A DNA stretch of 64,000 nucleotides from Blastocystis sp. Blastoise (Eukaryota; Protista; Bigyra: Opalinata), in contig JBBPEB010000009.1 of assembly GCA_039096225.1 (NCBI GenBank), forward strand, positions 124,001 through 188,000, written 5' to 3'. Position numbers and translations under genes: made by a program. Under the pieces are notes generated by a model, which was given only the letters and a program-made list of their open reading frames with translations, did not search any database and had not been told where the DNA came from. Shown here one piece after another: positions 1 through 18,925 of this stretch. Position 1 is the first letter of the stretch; each line of letters opens with the position of its first letter.

Positions 1-458
1 AATCATTCTTAGAAATATATATATACTTTGATAATACTGTTTTAAATTCGATAATTTTGATAAAATGTCACTAATTGTTTCTTTCTGAATGTTTCGTTGT
101 TTGATCAAATTCCATATTCTATAGAAACACAATTTAAATTACATAGATGATAAAAATAATTAAAAATGAAATAACCATTTACTTCACATCATTCATAATG
201 ATGACCGAAAAGGTTTTTATATTCTCCTTTGAAGAAAGAAATCCATGTGCAACTAAAAAAAAATTGAAATTAAATTGTGATTTAAAAGAAACATGAACAT
301 ACTATAATGGATCAAATAATTCTCAATATTTGAACAATATCGATCAAAACAATCACTACTAACTGTTTCATAATTAACTAAACGAAGATCAATAATCTAG
401 TATCAATACCATCATCACATGAGAACAATTATATAAATAAAAATACAAAGCAATCCAT
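1..458 (-). CDS. Hypothetical spliced protein, 5' part only (runs off the window start)
   Basis: ATG at 458; three GT-AG introns join open exons giving MDCFIIDLRLVNYETVSSDCFDRYCSNIENYLIHYIAHGFLLSKENIKTFSVIIMNDVKIWNLIKQ...; no family recognised. Confidence 0.45.
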
Positions 459-918
459 ATGCTAAAAGAATAGAGTGATTATGTATATATGTTTGGATTT
501 GATTGGGATTTAATGTTTAAATAAATGGTAATAAAGAATATATATATATATTTATGTAAAAATTAAAAGAGGGAAATAATTATAATAACTTTTTTGACAG
601 AAAAATAAGCATATTAAAAGATAGTATTCTAATATACAAATATATCATTAAGAAAATGAATCTTCTCGATAAAGCAGACAATATGAAGTGTATATAGATA
701 ATTTATAATGAATTTTTAAAAAAAATAAGAAAAAAATAACATAATAAGAAAGCATACAATAAATAATTTATAATAAAAAACAAAATAAAAAGAATGCCAT
801 TAAGATTATACATATATATATCAAATAAATAATACAAGGCACATAAAAATACAAAGTAGAGATATAATTGTATTCCATAAAGAAAACTCTTTAAAAAAAT
901 AATAATAATAATTTTCCT

Positions 919-2001
919 TTAGTGTTCTACAAAGAGCATATAAGGGATAATGAGCCCAATAAACATGCATATCATTTGTAAAATAGAGAGTTGTTCCCCG
1001 AAATCATTCATAAGATGAGAAACACCAACGTGTACAAACGTCCCTGCACTAAAGGCAAAAAAATAAGGAATATAATAAGAATTAATAAAATTAGATTGAT
1101 AATAAGCAATTAATGCTGTTAATAACGCAGAAACTGGAGTACATATACTTAAAAGGAGAAGATAGAAGAAACCTAAAGAAGAAGAATATTATTATTATTA
1201 TTATTTATATAATTATTATTATGAATAATAGGAGAACAATAAGAAATAGTATATAGAGTAAAGAAGGGCTAATATGTAAATATAATATATACATATTAAT
1301 AATTTACATATATAAACACATTAACTAATAAATATATAATATATGTTAACGATTCATACAAATAAAAATAATAATATATATATACTTGACTTGAAAGTAA
1401 GTTTAGAAGCTTTTAGAAATGTACCAATTCCAAAACTAGAGGACATTTTATGTAACATCATAGCACCAAAGACTATAGTGACCGTATTTACGTTACCACT
1501 CATATAACTAGAAGCTAAGGAGATACCATCAAATATAGAATGTAATGCCAATCCATAAACTTTTGTACTTACATTATGAATAGTATGTCGAGGAGAATGC
1601 ATACCTTCATCTTTTTTATCAAGAGATTCACAATCAGCAGCTGTCTCTCCTGATTCATGAGAATGGCCATGAAATCTATGAGATAATGACTCAAATAATA
1701 TCATAACGAAAAAACCAAAGGATATTGCAAAACCTAACTTTTGAAAGGATGGAGCAAGAATATTATTACTTCCTTCACTTGAAGCACAATTACAAGCAGG
1801 CTCTAAAGATTCAGGAATTATAACACAAAAAGCTGTTCCTACAACAAGACCTGCACCAAAAGCAGTAAGCAAATAGGTTTGTTGCTTACTGACTCTTATC
1901 CATAAAGGAATAGAAGTTATGAAGAATGTCCATAAAAATATAATACAGCAGAAACCAATATATACAACATTAATAGAACGATCTAAGTGAATGGATGGCA
2001 T
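919..2001 (-). CDS. ZIP (SLC39/ZIP9-like) zinc/iron permease, 2 exons
   Basis: AFGAGLVVGTAFCVIIPES, His-rich loop HRFHGHSHE, LALHSIFDGI and MMLHKM motifs, and FSAGTFVHVG in exon 2. Intron 1385..1173 is GT-AG; stop TAA at 921-919. Confidence 0.9.
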
Positions 2002-2276
2002 AGAATTCAAAAACAAAAAAATAAATAATATCAGATAAAACCAAGAAACACGTTTCTTTAGAAAAGATGTATAATATATTAATCTCTTTGTAGTAATAAA
2101 GACTTATTACAATGAACGTCAGATAATCTATTTGAATTTTTTTTCCATATTTTTTCCCATAAATATTTCGAAAATCTTCTGCAAAGATTGATAATGAAAC
2201 ATTTTTCTTCTTTTATTTTATAAGCAGATGATTCTATTGAAGACGCATCCTTTGTAGAATGTCTACAGATCACCAT

Positions 2277-2366
2277 TCCAAGAAAGTCTTCTTTCTGCCT
2301 AGAGAACCTACGCTAATCTTCATAAACTGGCTCTTTAACGTATGTAACACTCCAAGAGAGTCTTCT
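2277..2366 (-). promoter_or_regulatory. Conserved upstream element, copy A (putative structured RNA leader)
   Basis: Aligns with 25009-25097. Flanked by AAGACTYTCTTGG direct repeats 74 nt apart, with an internal AUGA-loop hairpin. Confidence 0.6.
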
Positions 2367-3320
2367 TTTCAATTCCTAAAATTATCTAGATATATACTAA
2401 ATATCAAATAACAATAATTATTAATTGAAAGACATAGGAGAATTCGATGCAACGACAGGTTACAACTATTCACTAGTAACATAATCGTCATGAGTATTCT
2501 TAACACAACAACAATATATGAATGAAATCTGCTATATGTTATTACTGTATATTGTTTATATATAATTCATCTTTGAATACTATTTTTTTCTCATGTAATC
2601 ATACTTTTTTTAATATAAACATGGGTTTCCAGCTATTTCGAGGCTTGAAATAGCTTGGGATTAATAAAAACCATTTACTCTGACAATACAAAAGATTTTT
2701 ATAAATAGAATCTATTTTTATTTTCTTTATATTGACTGTTTAATTGTTATTTATCATTAAAATAAAATTGTATGATGCTTAAAAATATTTTTTTTAATAA
2801 TATATGATATCGACTACATTATAGAATTCTTTTTGAATTTTTTTTAGATTTTAAATAATAAAAAAAAAATAATTCTCATCTGCAATATATTTTTAGTGAT
2901 TTACTATGGTCATAAAAATAAAATACAATAAATAATCATCAAAAAGAAATTAATTCATGATATCTTTTTATCAATTTCAAGTTATTTTTTGTTCTTCATA
3001 CTTTTTTAATTCATTCCCCGTATTAAAAAATACTTATAAGTACATTTTTTTAATACTAAAAAAATATTCGTACGAAAATCATCATTTCAACTCTTATATT
3101 CATAAGATAATACTATTTTAATACCAATAAAACGAATAATAAAACTTAGTAAGCACAGCAAAAAAAAATACTATAAAAAAATAGATTTTGAAAAAAGGGT
3201 CAAAAATAAGGTAATAATTTTATTTTTATTTTAAACTTGAGTTTGGGAAATCTCATAATTTTTAATAAAATATTATTTATAGATTTTATTACTCCTTCAT
3301 ATCAAATACATAAAAAATAG

Positions 3321-4219
3321 ATGCCAAGTCAACGTCAATACTTATCATTTTACGATGCCGCGTTAAATATTTTAAAACGGCGTCCACATAGGTATCTTCT
3401 TTGCATCTATAAACTGTTAGAAGTAGAAATAATACAATTTCTCTAGTGAATTTGAGATAAATCAGAAACTCCACTCGTTAATCTATAAAAGAAAAGCTCG
3501 AAGATATGGTAAAAAATACACGGACGACACAAATACATACAATTCTTCCTGGACAACAGGGTCTTCGATGTTTTCAACTCTTAAGAGTATGCATGTTTGT
3601 TTTTTTGTATATTTTTTTCCATTATTTATATTATTATTAGTGATACATTATTGTTATAGAAACAGAGGATGAAGAAATCATTGATACTATAGAACAACTT
3701 AAAAATGAAGGACTTATTGATGATATTGCTTTTACTCAATGGTATATAGAAAATAGACAATCATTTAGTCCAAGAAGTAACATGAAAATTACTCAAGAAT
3801 TATTACAAAAAGTATATTCAGGTTAGTTTAATAATATATATGATTTTTAATATATAATATATAATATATAATATATAGTATACAATATATATAGTATATA
3901 ATATATAATATATTTGTTAATAAATGCTTCTATAGGGTGTAAGTAACGATATTATAAAAGAGAATATGGTTCTTCTTCATGAAGAAGAAAATTGTGAATC
4001 TGTTATTCAACAGAAGAAACAACGATATACGGATCCACAAAAAATGAAAGTTTATTTATTAAGAAATGTATATATATATATATATTAAAAATAGTATTAG
4101 ACTGATTGATCTTATTTTCTATTATTATACAGGGCTTCTCCGTAAATAATGTAAATAAGTCAGTCAATAAGATATATAATATAAATGAAATAAAAATAAA
4201 AAAAGATGATTTGATTTAA
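3321..4219 (+). CDS. recX: RecX-family RecA regulator, 5 exons
   Basis: Spliced product has AALNILKRRPHSEFEINQKL, IEQLKNEGLIDDIAFTQWYIENR, PRSNMKITQELLQKGV and KMKVYLLRNGFS, matching the RecX three-helix repeats. Four GT-AG introns; the ORF track missed it. Confidence 0.8.
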
Positions 4220-4523
4220 GACTAAACGAGAATGGAGTTGTGTTGTGGTATATGTTTATATATTGAATAATTAGTTTTTTTAAAAAAGTAATGATGCTTA
4301 TATATTATGATCTCAAATGGAATACATAATACAAATGATATATAGAACTATTTATACATTTAATAGTTGATTCTTGACAAACAATCAAAACAAATGAACA
4401 ACAGTGAGTGATTGACAACAAGTAATATATAAATAACCTAATAGAGGTATTGATATATATATAAATATAATAATAATACTCAAAATCAATGAAAAAGGTG
4501 TTATATAAAGAGAATATATTAGT

Positions 4524-9598
<5,075 letters not shown>

Positions 9599-10407
9599 CG
9601 ATAATTTGAATCAAAAGTGAATTACAAAATATTCTGAAAAAATCTGAAAATTATGATTCATTGTGTTTCAGATTTTCTGTTGTTTTTTTGAATATTTTGT
9701 TTTGATATAATGCTTCTAAATATTGCTATAACATAAGAACAACGATGACAGAAGAATATCTGTAAAAATGAGTATAAATTAAAATTTTTATTGAAAATAA
9801 TCACCAAATATATTCAGAAATATAAGTCTTATAGTGGAATTTATATTTTAGGAATCATTAACCACAACAGTTTTCGTTTTATTTATTGAATAAAGATGAT
9901 GAACAATGTTATTTATTTGTTTTTTGACAGTTTCAAAATAAAAATAAATTGATTATGGAGATTGTATTGGAATGAAAATATAATCGATGTTAAAAAAACT
10001 ACGATAATAATAAATGAAGATGAAGACGAATAAAAATGAATAGAAAATGATTTTTAGGATTCTCATCAGTGCTATTTACAGTTCTTTGTAACTGATAAAG
10101 ATTTATTCTACATAATAAGATGAGAATAATAAAACAAAACTTAGAAAAGTTTACGCTCTATGTGTCAGTGCGTTTAGAAAGCTAAATAGCGATCGCCGGG
10201 AAGTGTGAGGATAAAATTACGAATAAATCACAAAAGTTTGGTGAATTCTGTAGAAAACCACGGTTAACAGATGTGGTTGGGAAGAGAGTCGGTATTTGAT
10301 TGGTTGTTGCGGAGTAATGCCTGTTTTTCTTTTGAGCATTTCAATGATAAGAACAATTTGTTAAGAAATTGATCATCATACTGTTTTTATTCTAATTACT
10401 TGATACT

Positions 10408-12564
10408 ATGCCGAACGTACCTGTTGAGAGAGATCTTTTATTCAAAGCTCTTGGTAAAACCTTTACTGATGAAGAATTTGATAAACTTTGTTTTGAATAT
10501 GGTATTGAACTTGATGAAATTGTCACTGAAAAGAAAATGAAACGACGACTCGATGGTGATGAGGAAGAGAAGGATTGTGTCGTATACAAAATAGATGTTG
10601 CTGCTAACAGACCTGATTTATTATGTCTTGAAGGTCTTGTTCAATCTTTAAAAGTTTTCTTAAGACAGGAAGATCCTCCAGTATATCAGAATATTATTTA
10701 AAATATAAGATTATTTTTATTTTACCATGTGATTATGAATTTTTAAAATTTATGATCATTCTAATTTTTATATTGTTTTTTTCTTATATAGATTTTCAAA
10801 TTAACTGAACCTAAGGAAATGATGACAATGACAGTTAAACCTCATACAAAGGGTGTAAGACCTTATGTATGTTGTGCTGTTTTAAGAAACCTTAAGTTTG
10901 ATCATGAAATTTATAACAAGTATATATATAACATTATATTTATAATATAAAGATATTTATAATGAATAGTATACTAATATTATATATATAGTTTCTTAGA
11001 TTTACAAGATAAATTACATTTTAATATCGGTCGTAGACGAAATCTTGTTGCTATTGGTACTCATGATCTTGATACTATTGAAGCACCTTTCATTTATGAT
11101 GTATATATATGTTATTATTATTATTTATGTTATTATTATTATTTATGTTATTATTATTATTTATGTTATTATTATTATTATGTTATTATTATTATTTATG
11201 TTATTATTATTATTTATGTTATTATTATTATTTATGTTATTATTATTATTTATATTATTATTATGTTTATTATTATTATTATTATATATATATAGGCTCG
11301 TGAACCTGAAACTGTTAATTTTGTTCCTTTAAATCAAACTCGTTCTTTTAATTGTAAAGAATTAATGGATTATTACCGTGATCCTAAGAATAATGATTGT
11401 AAACATCTTACTCCTTATACTGATTTAGTGTATAATGAGAAGTATACTCCTTGTATATTCGATAAGAATGATGTTCTCCTCTCTTTCCCTCCTCTTATCA
11501 ATGGAAATCACTCTAAGATGTGTGATCATTCTAAGAATATATTCATTGAATGTACTGGTAAAGATTTAACTAAAGTGAATATTACACTTAATACTATTAT
11601 TGCTTTATTCTCACAATATTGTGAAGTTCCCTTCTCTGTTGAGCCTGTTAAGGTTATATATGAGCCTGATACTATCTTCCCTGAAGGAGCTACTTTTATT
11701 ACTCCTGACCTCACGGAGAAGAGACTCACTGTTAATATAGATGAATGTAACTCCACTATTGGCGTAGATATCTCTCCTGAAACAGTTGTCGACCTTCTTA
11801 CCAAGATGCAAGTATATACTATACTATACTATACTATACTATACTATACTATACTATACTATACTATACTATACTATACTATACTATTATAATATATAGT
11901 TACGTTGTGAGTATACTACTGGTTCTCGTTTCGTTACTGTTGATATTCCCATCACTCGAAGTGATATTATCCATCCAGTTGATGTCTATGAGGATGTAGC
12001 TATTGCTTATGGATATAATAATATCAAGAGACAAGCTCCTCCTACCAATAATATCGGTAGTGAACAACCTGTCAATCATTTAAGTGATATGTTACGTGCT
12101 GAGTTAGCTAATGCAGGTTATAGAGAATGTCTTACTCTTGCTCTCTGTTCCTGGAAGGAGGAGTATGACGACCTCCTTGCTCCTAGAGATCATCTCGCTG
12201 TCTCTCTTTCCAATCCTAAAACCATCGAATTCGAAGTATATTTATATATATAGTATAGTATAGTATGCTTTATAATTATATTGACAATGTTATATTATAT
12301 TATATTTATAATAAAATAAATATAATAAATATAAACAATATAATAAAATAAATAAAATAATATACACAATATAGGTATGTCGTACTTCTCTTCTTCCTGG
12401 TCTTCTTAAGACTCTTCGTGAAAATAAGAATCTTTCTTTCGCTAAGGGTATAAAGATATTTGAAATCAGTGACGTTATTCTTCAAGATCATAACAATTAT
12501 GCAGGCGCACGAAATGAAAGACATCTCTCTGCCGTCTATTGCGGTAATACTGCTGCTATGGAAG

Positions 12565-12595
<31 letters not shown>

Positions 12596-13099
12596 TTATC
12601 TTATCATATATTTTTTATCAATTATAAAAATACTTTTATTATATATATATTTTATCAATTATAATAATAATATATATATATATATATAGATTATTCATGG
12701 TTTAATGGATCGTATTATGAAATTACTTGATATTTATCCTGCTCAAAGATATTCTTTATCTACTGAACCCATTCCTGAAGGTAAATGGCAATATTATATC
12801 AGAGCTTCCTCTTGTCCTACTTACTATCCTAACAGATCCTGCGAAATAGTTATTATTAAGGGAGAAGAAGAAGAAGTATCTAGATATATATATATATATA
12901 GAATAATAATAAACATAATAATATAATAATATAATAATAAACATAATAATAAAATATAATAAATATAATAAAATAATATAAATAGGTTGTGGGTACATTT
13001 GGTGTTCTTCATCCTAAGGTATTAAAGAACTTCTCTTTGGTATATCCTGGTTGTGCTATTGAAATGAACCTCACTTCTTTCATCGATATGAAATATTAA
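10408..13099 (+). CDS. FARSB: Phenylalanine-tRNA ligase beta subunit, 8 exons
   Basis: [83 protein letters not shown] and FGVLHPKVL; 7 GT-AG introns. Confidence 0.97.
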
Positions 13100-13489
13100 A
13101 TAATGAATATTATTATTTAATTTTTTTTTTAAACTTTTTAATTATATCATTATTTTTTTTTGACAACTATTAAACTTTATTTTTTCTATTTCAAGTATAG
13201 TCATTGTTGCGTTTAAATAGGATTTATAGTTAAATCTGAATAATGGGCTATTCTAAAAGTATTATTCAATTCTTAAACAATAGTTTTCTTAAAAGAACAA
13301 AATCATAAAGAAACATATCTTTTTTTCTCTGACGAATTACCATGGGAATAATCTTATCGCAATCGTGTTTTCACTTCATTTTTGTTTTTTTAACTAATAA
13401 ATTATTTCTTTCTTTATTTCGGTGAAGATTATATATTTCAATAAATTTACTCATTATTTTCATTATATAACTAGTTATTTGTAAGAAAG

Positions 13490-15209
13490 ATGGGTAATGC
13501 GTTTATTACCGAAGAAGCTCATCCTACTTACTCCTTATCTAATAGTAAATCTCCTATTTATTCATTCGAGAATGATTTTCGGGATCAATGTGAAAGGAAA
13601 AGAATAGAAGGAGATCAATCTCCAGTAGTTCCTCTTAATTTAGGACCACCTCAAATTGTGAAAGATATCCCTTATGAAGAAACAAACGATCCAGAAACGT
13701 TCTATAACACTAATAATACACATTATGTACGAAGATATGTACGATCAGAAGCACAAAAGAAAAATTATTCAGAACGATATAATCAGCGAGAACTATTAAG
13801 GCAGGAATTTGAAAATGGAACATATAGATATCAAGATTATGTATCTCCTGTTGCTGAGAAGACAGGTGATGATTTTAGACAACAAGATTTATCGGCTCGT
13901 TATGTTTCATTTACAGCTCCTCGAAAAGTGTATATAAATATATTATTTATTGTTTTAATTACTTTTTTTAAAAATTTATTATATATATATAATTATTTCA
14001 TATTATAGTTATTCTTATAATAATACTGCTCCTGTGACTCCTTTATTACGGCCTGATATACGCAAAGTCCCGGTGGTATTTCGTTGGAGAGGAAAAGGAA
14101 GAGACGTTTATTTACATGCTCCTTTTATACCTACTATTGATCATAAAGTATATATATATATATTGTATTAATATATTTATATTTATTTATTAATTATAGT
14201 ATAGTATCTAGTTTATTTCATACATTCTTTATATATATATTTTAAATATCCTCATAGAAATTTTAATAACTATAGAATATTTATATTATTAAGATTCTTA
14301 TAGTATTCTATATTAGTATTAATAGTAATAATGTGAATAATAATAATAATAATAATATGAATCTATGATTATAATACTCTATAGATCCGTATGATACCCA
14401 GCGAAGATGATATGTATGCGATTCTCTTAGTTCCTAAGGCAGGTGTATATAATTATCGATTTATTGTGGATAATATCTGGACATATGCACCTGAACAGCC
14501 CAAAATCAAGCAATATGGTCTTAATATGTATGTAAATCAAATTAATATGAATGATTATTTCCCTTTTGAGATGGAATGCCAAGCTATTGCAAATAAAAAA
14601 ACGCAACTTATTGAATATCGATTTAGACAAGTATATATATTATATTATTTATATGAATATTCTATTTAAATTATTATATAATATCTTTTATTATATATAT
14701 ATATATTATTATCTTCATTCTTTTTAAGTATTATATTATATTTGATTATGTTATTATATATATAGTATATACCTATCTCTATTATTATATATCTCTATTA
14801 TTATTTCTATCACTATTATGATTATATATCACTATTATTATTCATACTCTATATATAGGAGCCAGTTATACCCTTAGTATCATCATTTATTCATGAACCT
14901 CCTTCTCTACATTTCCTTCAACAAGAAATCTCATTGAATCATGTATATATATTAATATATATATAATATATAATCATGAATAATATCATAATATAATAAT
15001 AAATAGAATAATATAAAACAACATATATATACTATACATATTCCTTTTCTCTATAGCCCTTTGAGAATGGTAGACTTCCTCCTCCTTCCTTTGTTAATAT
15101 AGATCATCTATATACAAGGCCAAATGAAACAGGAGTCAATTTACTGGCCACTATTATTCGATATGATAAAAAAGTCACAAACGTGTTTTATGTTTCTTAT
15201 CTACCTTAA
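13490..15209 (+). CDS. AMPK/SNF1 beta-subunit-like protein (CBM48 plus ASC domain), 5 exons
   Basis: MG myristoylation-type start; VPVVFRWRGKGRDVY and GVYNYRFIVDNIW (CBM48); C-terminal LPPPSFVNIDHLY...ATIIRYDKK (ASC). Confidence 0.8.
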
Positions 15210-15658
15210 TTCTTTGTAATATATATTATTTATTATTATTTATTTTCTATTCATTCACAACGTATTCTCTTTTTTAAAACGTTATTTTGAATTCTGATTT
15301 GTATTCTGTAAAAAAAAATGATTTTTTTTTCGTTAAATTTTACTATTCACTATTTTCTTTCTTTTTCATTTTCTCTTTTCTATTTTCCATTTTTTATTTT
15401 TTATTTTTTATTTTCATTCGTTGTGAAGTAATAATGCATTTCTAAGGGATTCTTTTGTACCCATTCCAGAATAGTTTGTTTTATTATACAGAAGCTTTTA
15501 ATTTGATATTCTTCTTTAAAAAAAAAAGAAAAAATAATTCACTTTTTTTCTTTTTTTGTTTTATTTATTTAATTGATTATTCACAAATATAATTCTTGTA
15601 ATAAATTTGTATTCATTCACACACCGTTTTCGTTCTTTTTACTCTGTTTCCAACACAA

Positions 15659-16914
15659 ATGCACTCAATCTCACATTCTTTATGTCGGCCTCTATTAGTT
15701 ATCTTCATTGTAAATATCCTATGCTTCCAAATACAACCTAATCTGATGGAAATGATACCTGGATTAAAAGAATCTAGTAATTACTTTTCTTTTTCATTAT
15801 TATTATCATGTCTACTTTTTTGTAGGTATCAATCCATTCTTTTTAAATACAAATATTATAACAAATTACATATTACCTATGGTAATCAGTATATTAAATG
15901 GAATTCTCGTATTCCGTTTCTCATCTTGCTATTCCAAATGGTATTCTCAACAATTTCCAAATTCCAAAATTCAGTTAACATTTCTTAATGAAGAACTAGT
16001 CACTATCTTGTATATTTTTTTTCCATTTCCATTTTTTTAATTTTTTTTTTCTATATAGATATGCTATCAATCCTCTAGTCATTGCTACTTGTGTTACAAA
16101 CAGCGAATATTGCTATCTTTTATGTTCTATTTTATGTCTTTTAAATTCCATTTTCATGAACAGTATATATATTTTTCATTTATATTTATACACGTTTTTC
16201 AATAGAACTACAATCCTCTCTTTTCCTTTCGACTCTTATTCTGTTCCTAACTACACAAAATACTTTAATAAAAGATATGAATATATTATATTATCTTCTT
16301 TTCTTATCCTTCTATCAAATATATAATGTATGTAAAGATGAATATAGTATATATGTTTTTATTATTATTATTAACTATAATAACGTATAAATATCTATAG
16401 AAATCTATTTATTTGATTTATCCATGCGTAGTATCTCCTTTTCTTCATATATTGACATCTTCTGAAGTATATATATATTTTTTTATTCTATATATATATT
16501 TTTTTATTCTATATATATATTTTTTTATTCTATATATATATTTTTTTATATTATATATATTTTTTATATTATATTTTTTTTATATTATATATATTCAATA
16601 TACTATATATATTTTTAATATATTATATATATTCAATATACTATATTCTTATTATACTATATATTCAATATACTATATTCTTATTATACTATATATTCAA
16701 TATATTGTATATCTTCAATTAACCATATAAATTCTATATACACAATATATATATCTTTTCAGTATACTATATATCTATATAGTTATCTCAAGGAATATTT
16801 AATCCTGTTACTTATGTTATGATGGATACATTCTCTTCTGTTCGTTCCTTTATATATATATCAACTCTATTTATTCAATATATACCTCTATTCTATACAT
16901 ACTTCTTCATTAAG

Positions 16915-16952
<38 letters not shown>

Positions 16953-17511
16953 TATATACTTAATATCCTTAGATCTCCTGTATCCAAGATGATTAATATT
17001 CTGTTATTCTCTTTTCCTCTATTCTCAAAATATGGTATATATATATATATATATATATATAATCAAATATATATATACCATATAAAATTATATATATATA
17101 CATATAAAATTATATATATATACATATAAAATTATATATATATACATATAAAATCATATATATACATATAAAATTATATATACATATATATAAATACTAT
17201 TTATTTATTATTTATAGGTATGGCTTATTCTATATATATTATCATTTTAGCTTCATCCATCTTGAAATTTTATCAAAGTATATATATACATAATAATAAT
17301 AATAATATATATATATATAGATTCATATAAACCTTATTTTTTATGCGGTAGCTATATTGTTGTTAGTTTATTGTCAGTTATTACTTATTATTCATTGAAT
17401 ATCAATGGATCTGACTCAATTTCAATTTATTTCTTGTCATGTTGTGCTAACTATATTGTTATTGGACAAATTATACTGGAAATATTCAAATGTCATGATG
17501 TTCATCAATAA
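15659..17511 (+). CDS. Divergent polytopic membrane protein, probably GPI transamidase subunit PIG-U, about 9 exons
   Basis: Continuous spliced frame with YAINPLVIATCV, NPVTYVMMDTFSSVRSF and a C-terminal NGSDSISIYF, resembling PIG-U/Gab1 motifs. Confidence 0.55.
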
Positions 17512-18002
17512 TTATCCTTTAAAAACTTGTTTTGCTTTTAACTCTAATTAAGGTCCAATAAGTATATGCTCAAGAAATAATTCTATGAAACAAAACAAGT
17601 TGAAATCTACTAATAAGAAATAAACAATGAATGACTCATCACCTTGACAACATTTATAAAAACCTATTAGTCATCAATAACTATATAACACATACCAATC
17701 ACTACTAAAAAACATTTATAAAAATCAATTCCACACACTCTCCTTCTATTTAAATTGAAAAGATCAATTAATTTCAGCATTAGTTCTACTGTTTTTCATT
17801 ATATCCACTATTTTTCAGCGATTTTCAGTAGCTTCACATCATCATGAATGAAGAAAATAAAATTGACAGAGGAATCTCCTCTTTTTTCAGGGGAAAATCG
17901 ACTTGATAATCTCTAAAGAATTTCTTTTTTTACAGATTTTTCAAGTGCATTTTGTTGATTAAGTCGCGTATTCTATTATTTAATAATATTTTTTTCAAAG
18001 AT

Positions 18003-18925
18003 ATGGGTATAATCTTCTCAAAGCTCTTTTCTTCATTCGCTCCTAATAAAGAAGTCAGAATCTTAGTTCTTGGATTGGATAACGCTGGTAAAACTACTAT
18101 TTTATATCGTGTTCAATTAAATGAAGCTGTTTCTACTGTACCTACAATTGGTTTCAATGTAGAAACTATCAAATATAAGAATCTTACATTCCAAGTTTGG
18201 GATTTAGGTGGCCAAACTAGTATTCGTCCTTATTGGAGATGCTATTTCCCAGATACTGATGCTATCATTTATGTTGTTGATTCTGCTGATTTTGATCGTT
18301 TATCTATTGCTCATTCTGAATTAGATGTTATCTTAAATGTATTTATTAATAGAATATTATATATATTATATATATGATACAATCAAAAAGAAACTCTCCT
18401 TATTCTCTATATATATATATATATAGGAAGATGAACTACATGGTGTTCCTCTATTAGTATTTGCTAATAAACAAGATATTCCTGGAGCTCTTCGTGGAGA
18501 TCAAGTAGGATTCTATATATATATATTTGATTTTTTTTTGATGTGAATCTATATAGATGAAATTATATATATATATTGTTTTTCTAAAGAAAATTTAAAA
18601 TGATATCTATAAATATATATATATATATTGTTTTTCTAAATAATATCTAAAATGATATATATATAAATATATATATAAATAGATAAGTGAGGGATTAGGT
18701 TTAACTGAGATTCGTGATCGTAAATGGACTATATTTGAATCCGATGCAAAGAATGGAAAAGGATTAACTGAAGGATTTGACTGGTATATTTATTCATATA
18801 CTTTTATTATTATACTTTTATTCATATTCATATTTTTTAATATTATAATAATTATCTTTTTTTTCACATATTTAATAATAATATATATATATAGGTTAGC
18901 AAATGAATTAGATGTTAAAAATTAA
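18003..18925 (+). CDS. ARL1: ADP-ribosylation factor-like GTPase 1, 4 exons
   Basis: [28 protein letters not shown] (ARL1 signature), ANKQD and EGFDWLAN. Confidence 0.95.

Noticed and set aside
2277-2366. Direct repeats with a spacer as a CRISPR-like array
   Set aside because: Only two 16-nt repeats, the spacer is conserved between loci, the context is eukaryotic and there are no cas genes
10150-10325. GC-richer stretch before FARSB as an ncRNA
   Set aside because: No convincing stems or boxes; it contains ATTGG (reverse CCAAT) and fits an ordinary bidirectional promoter
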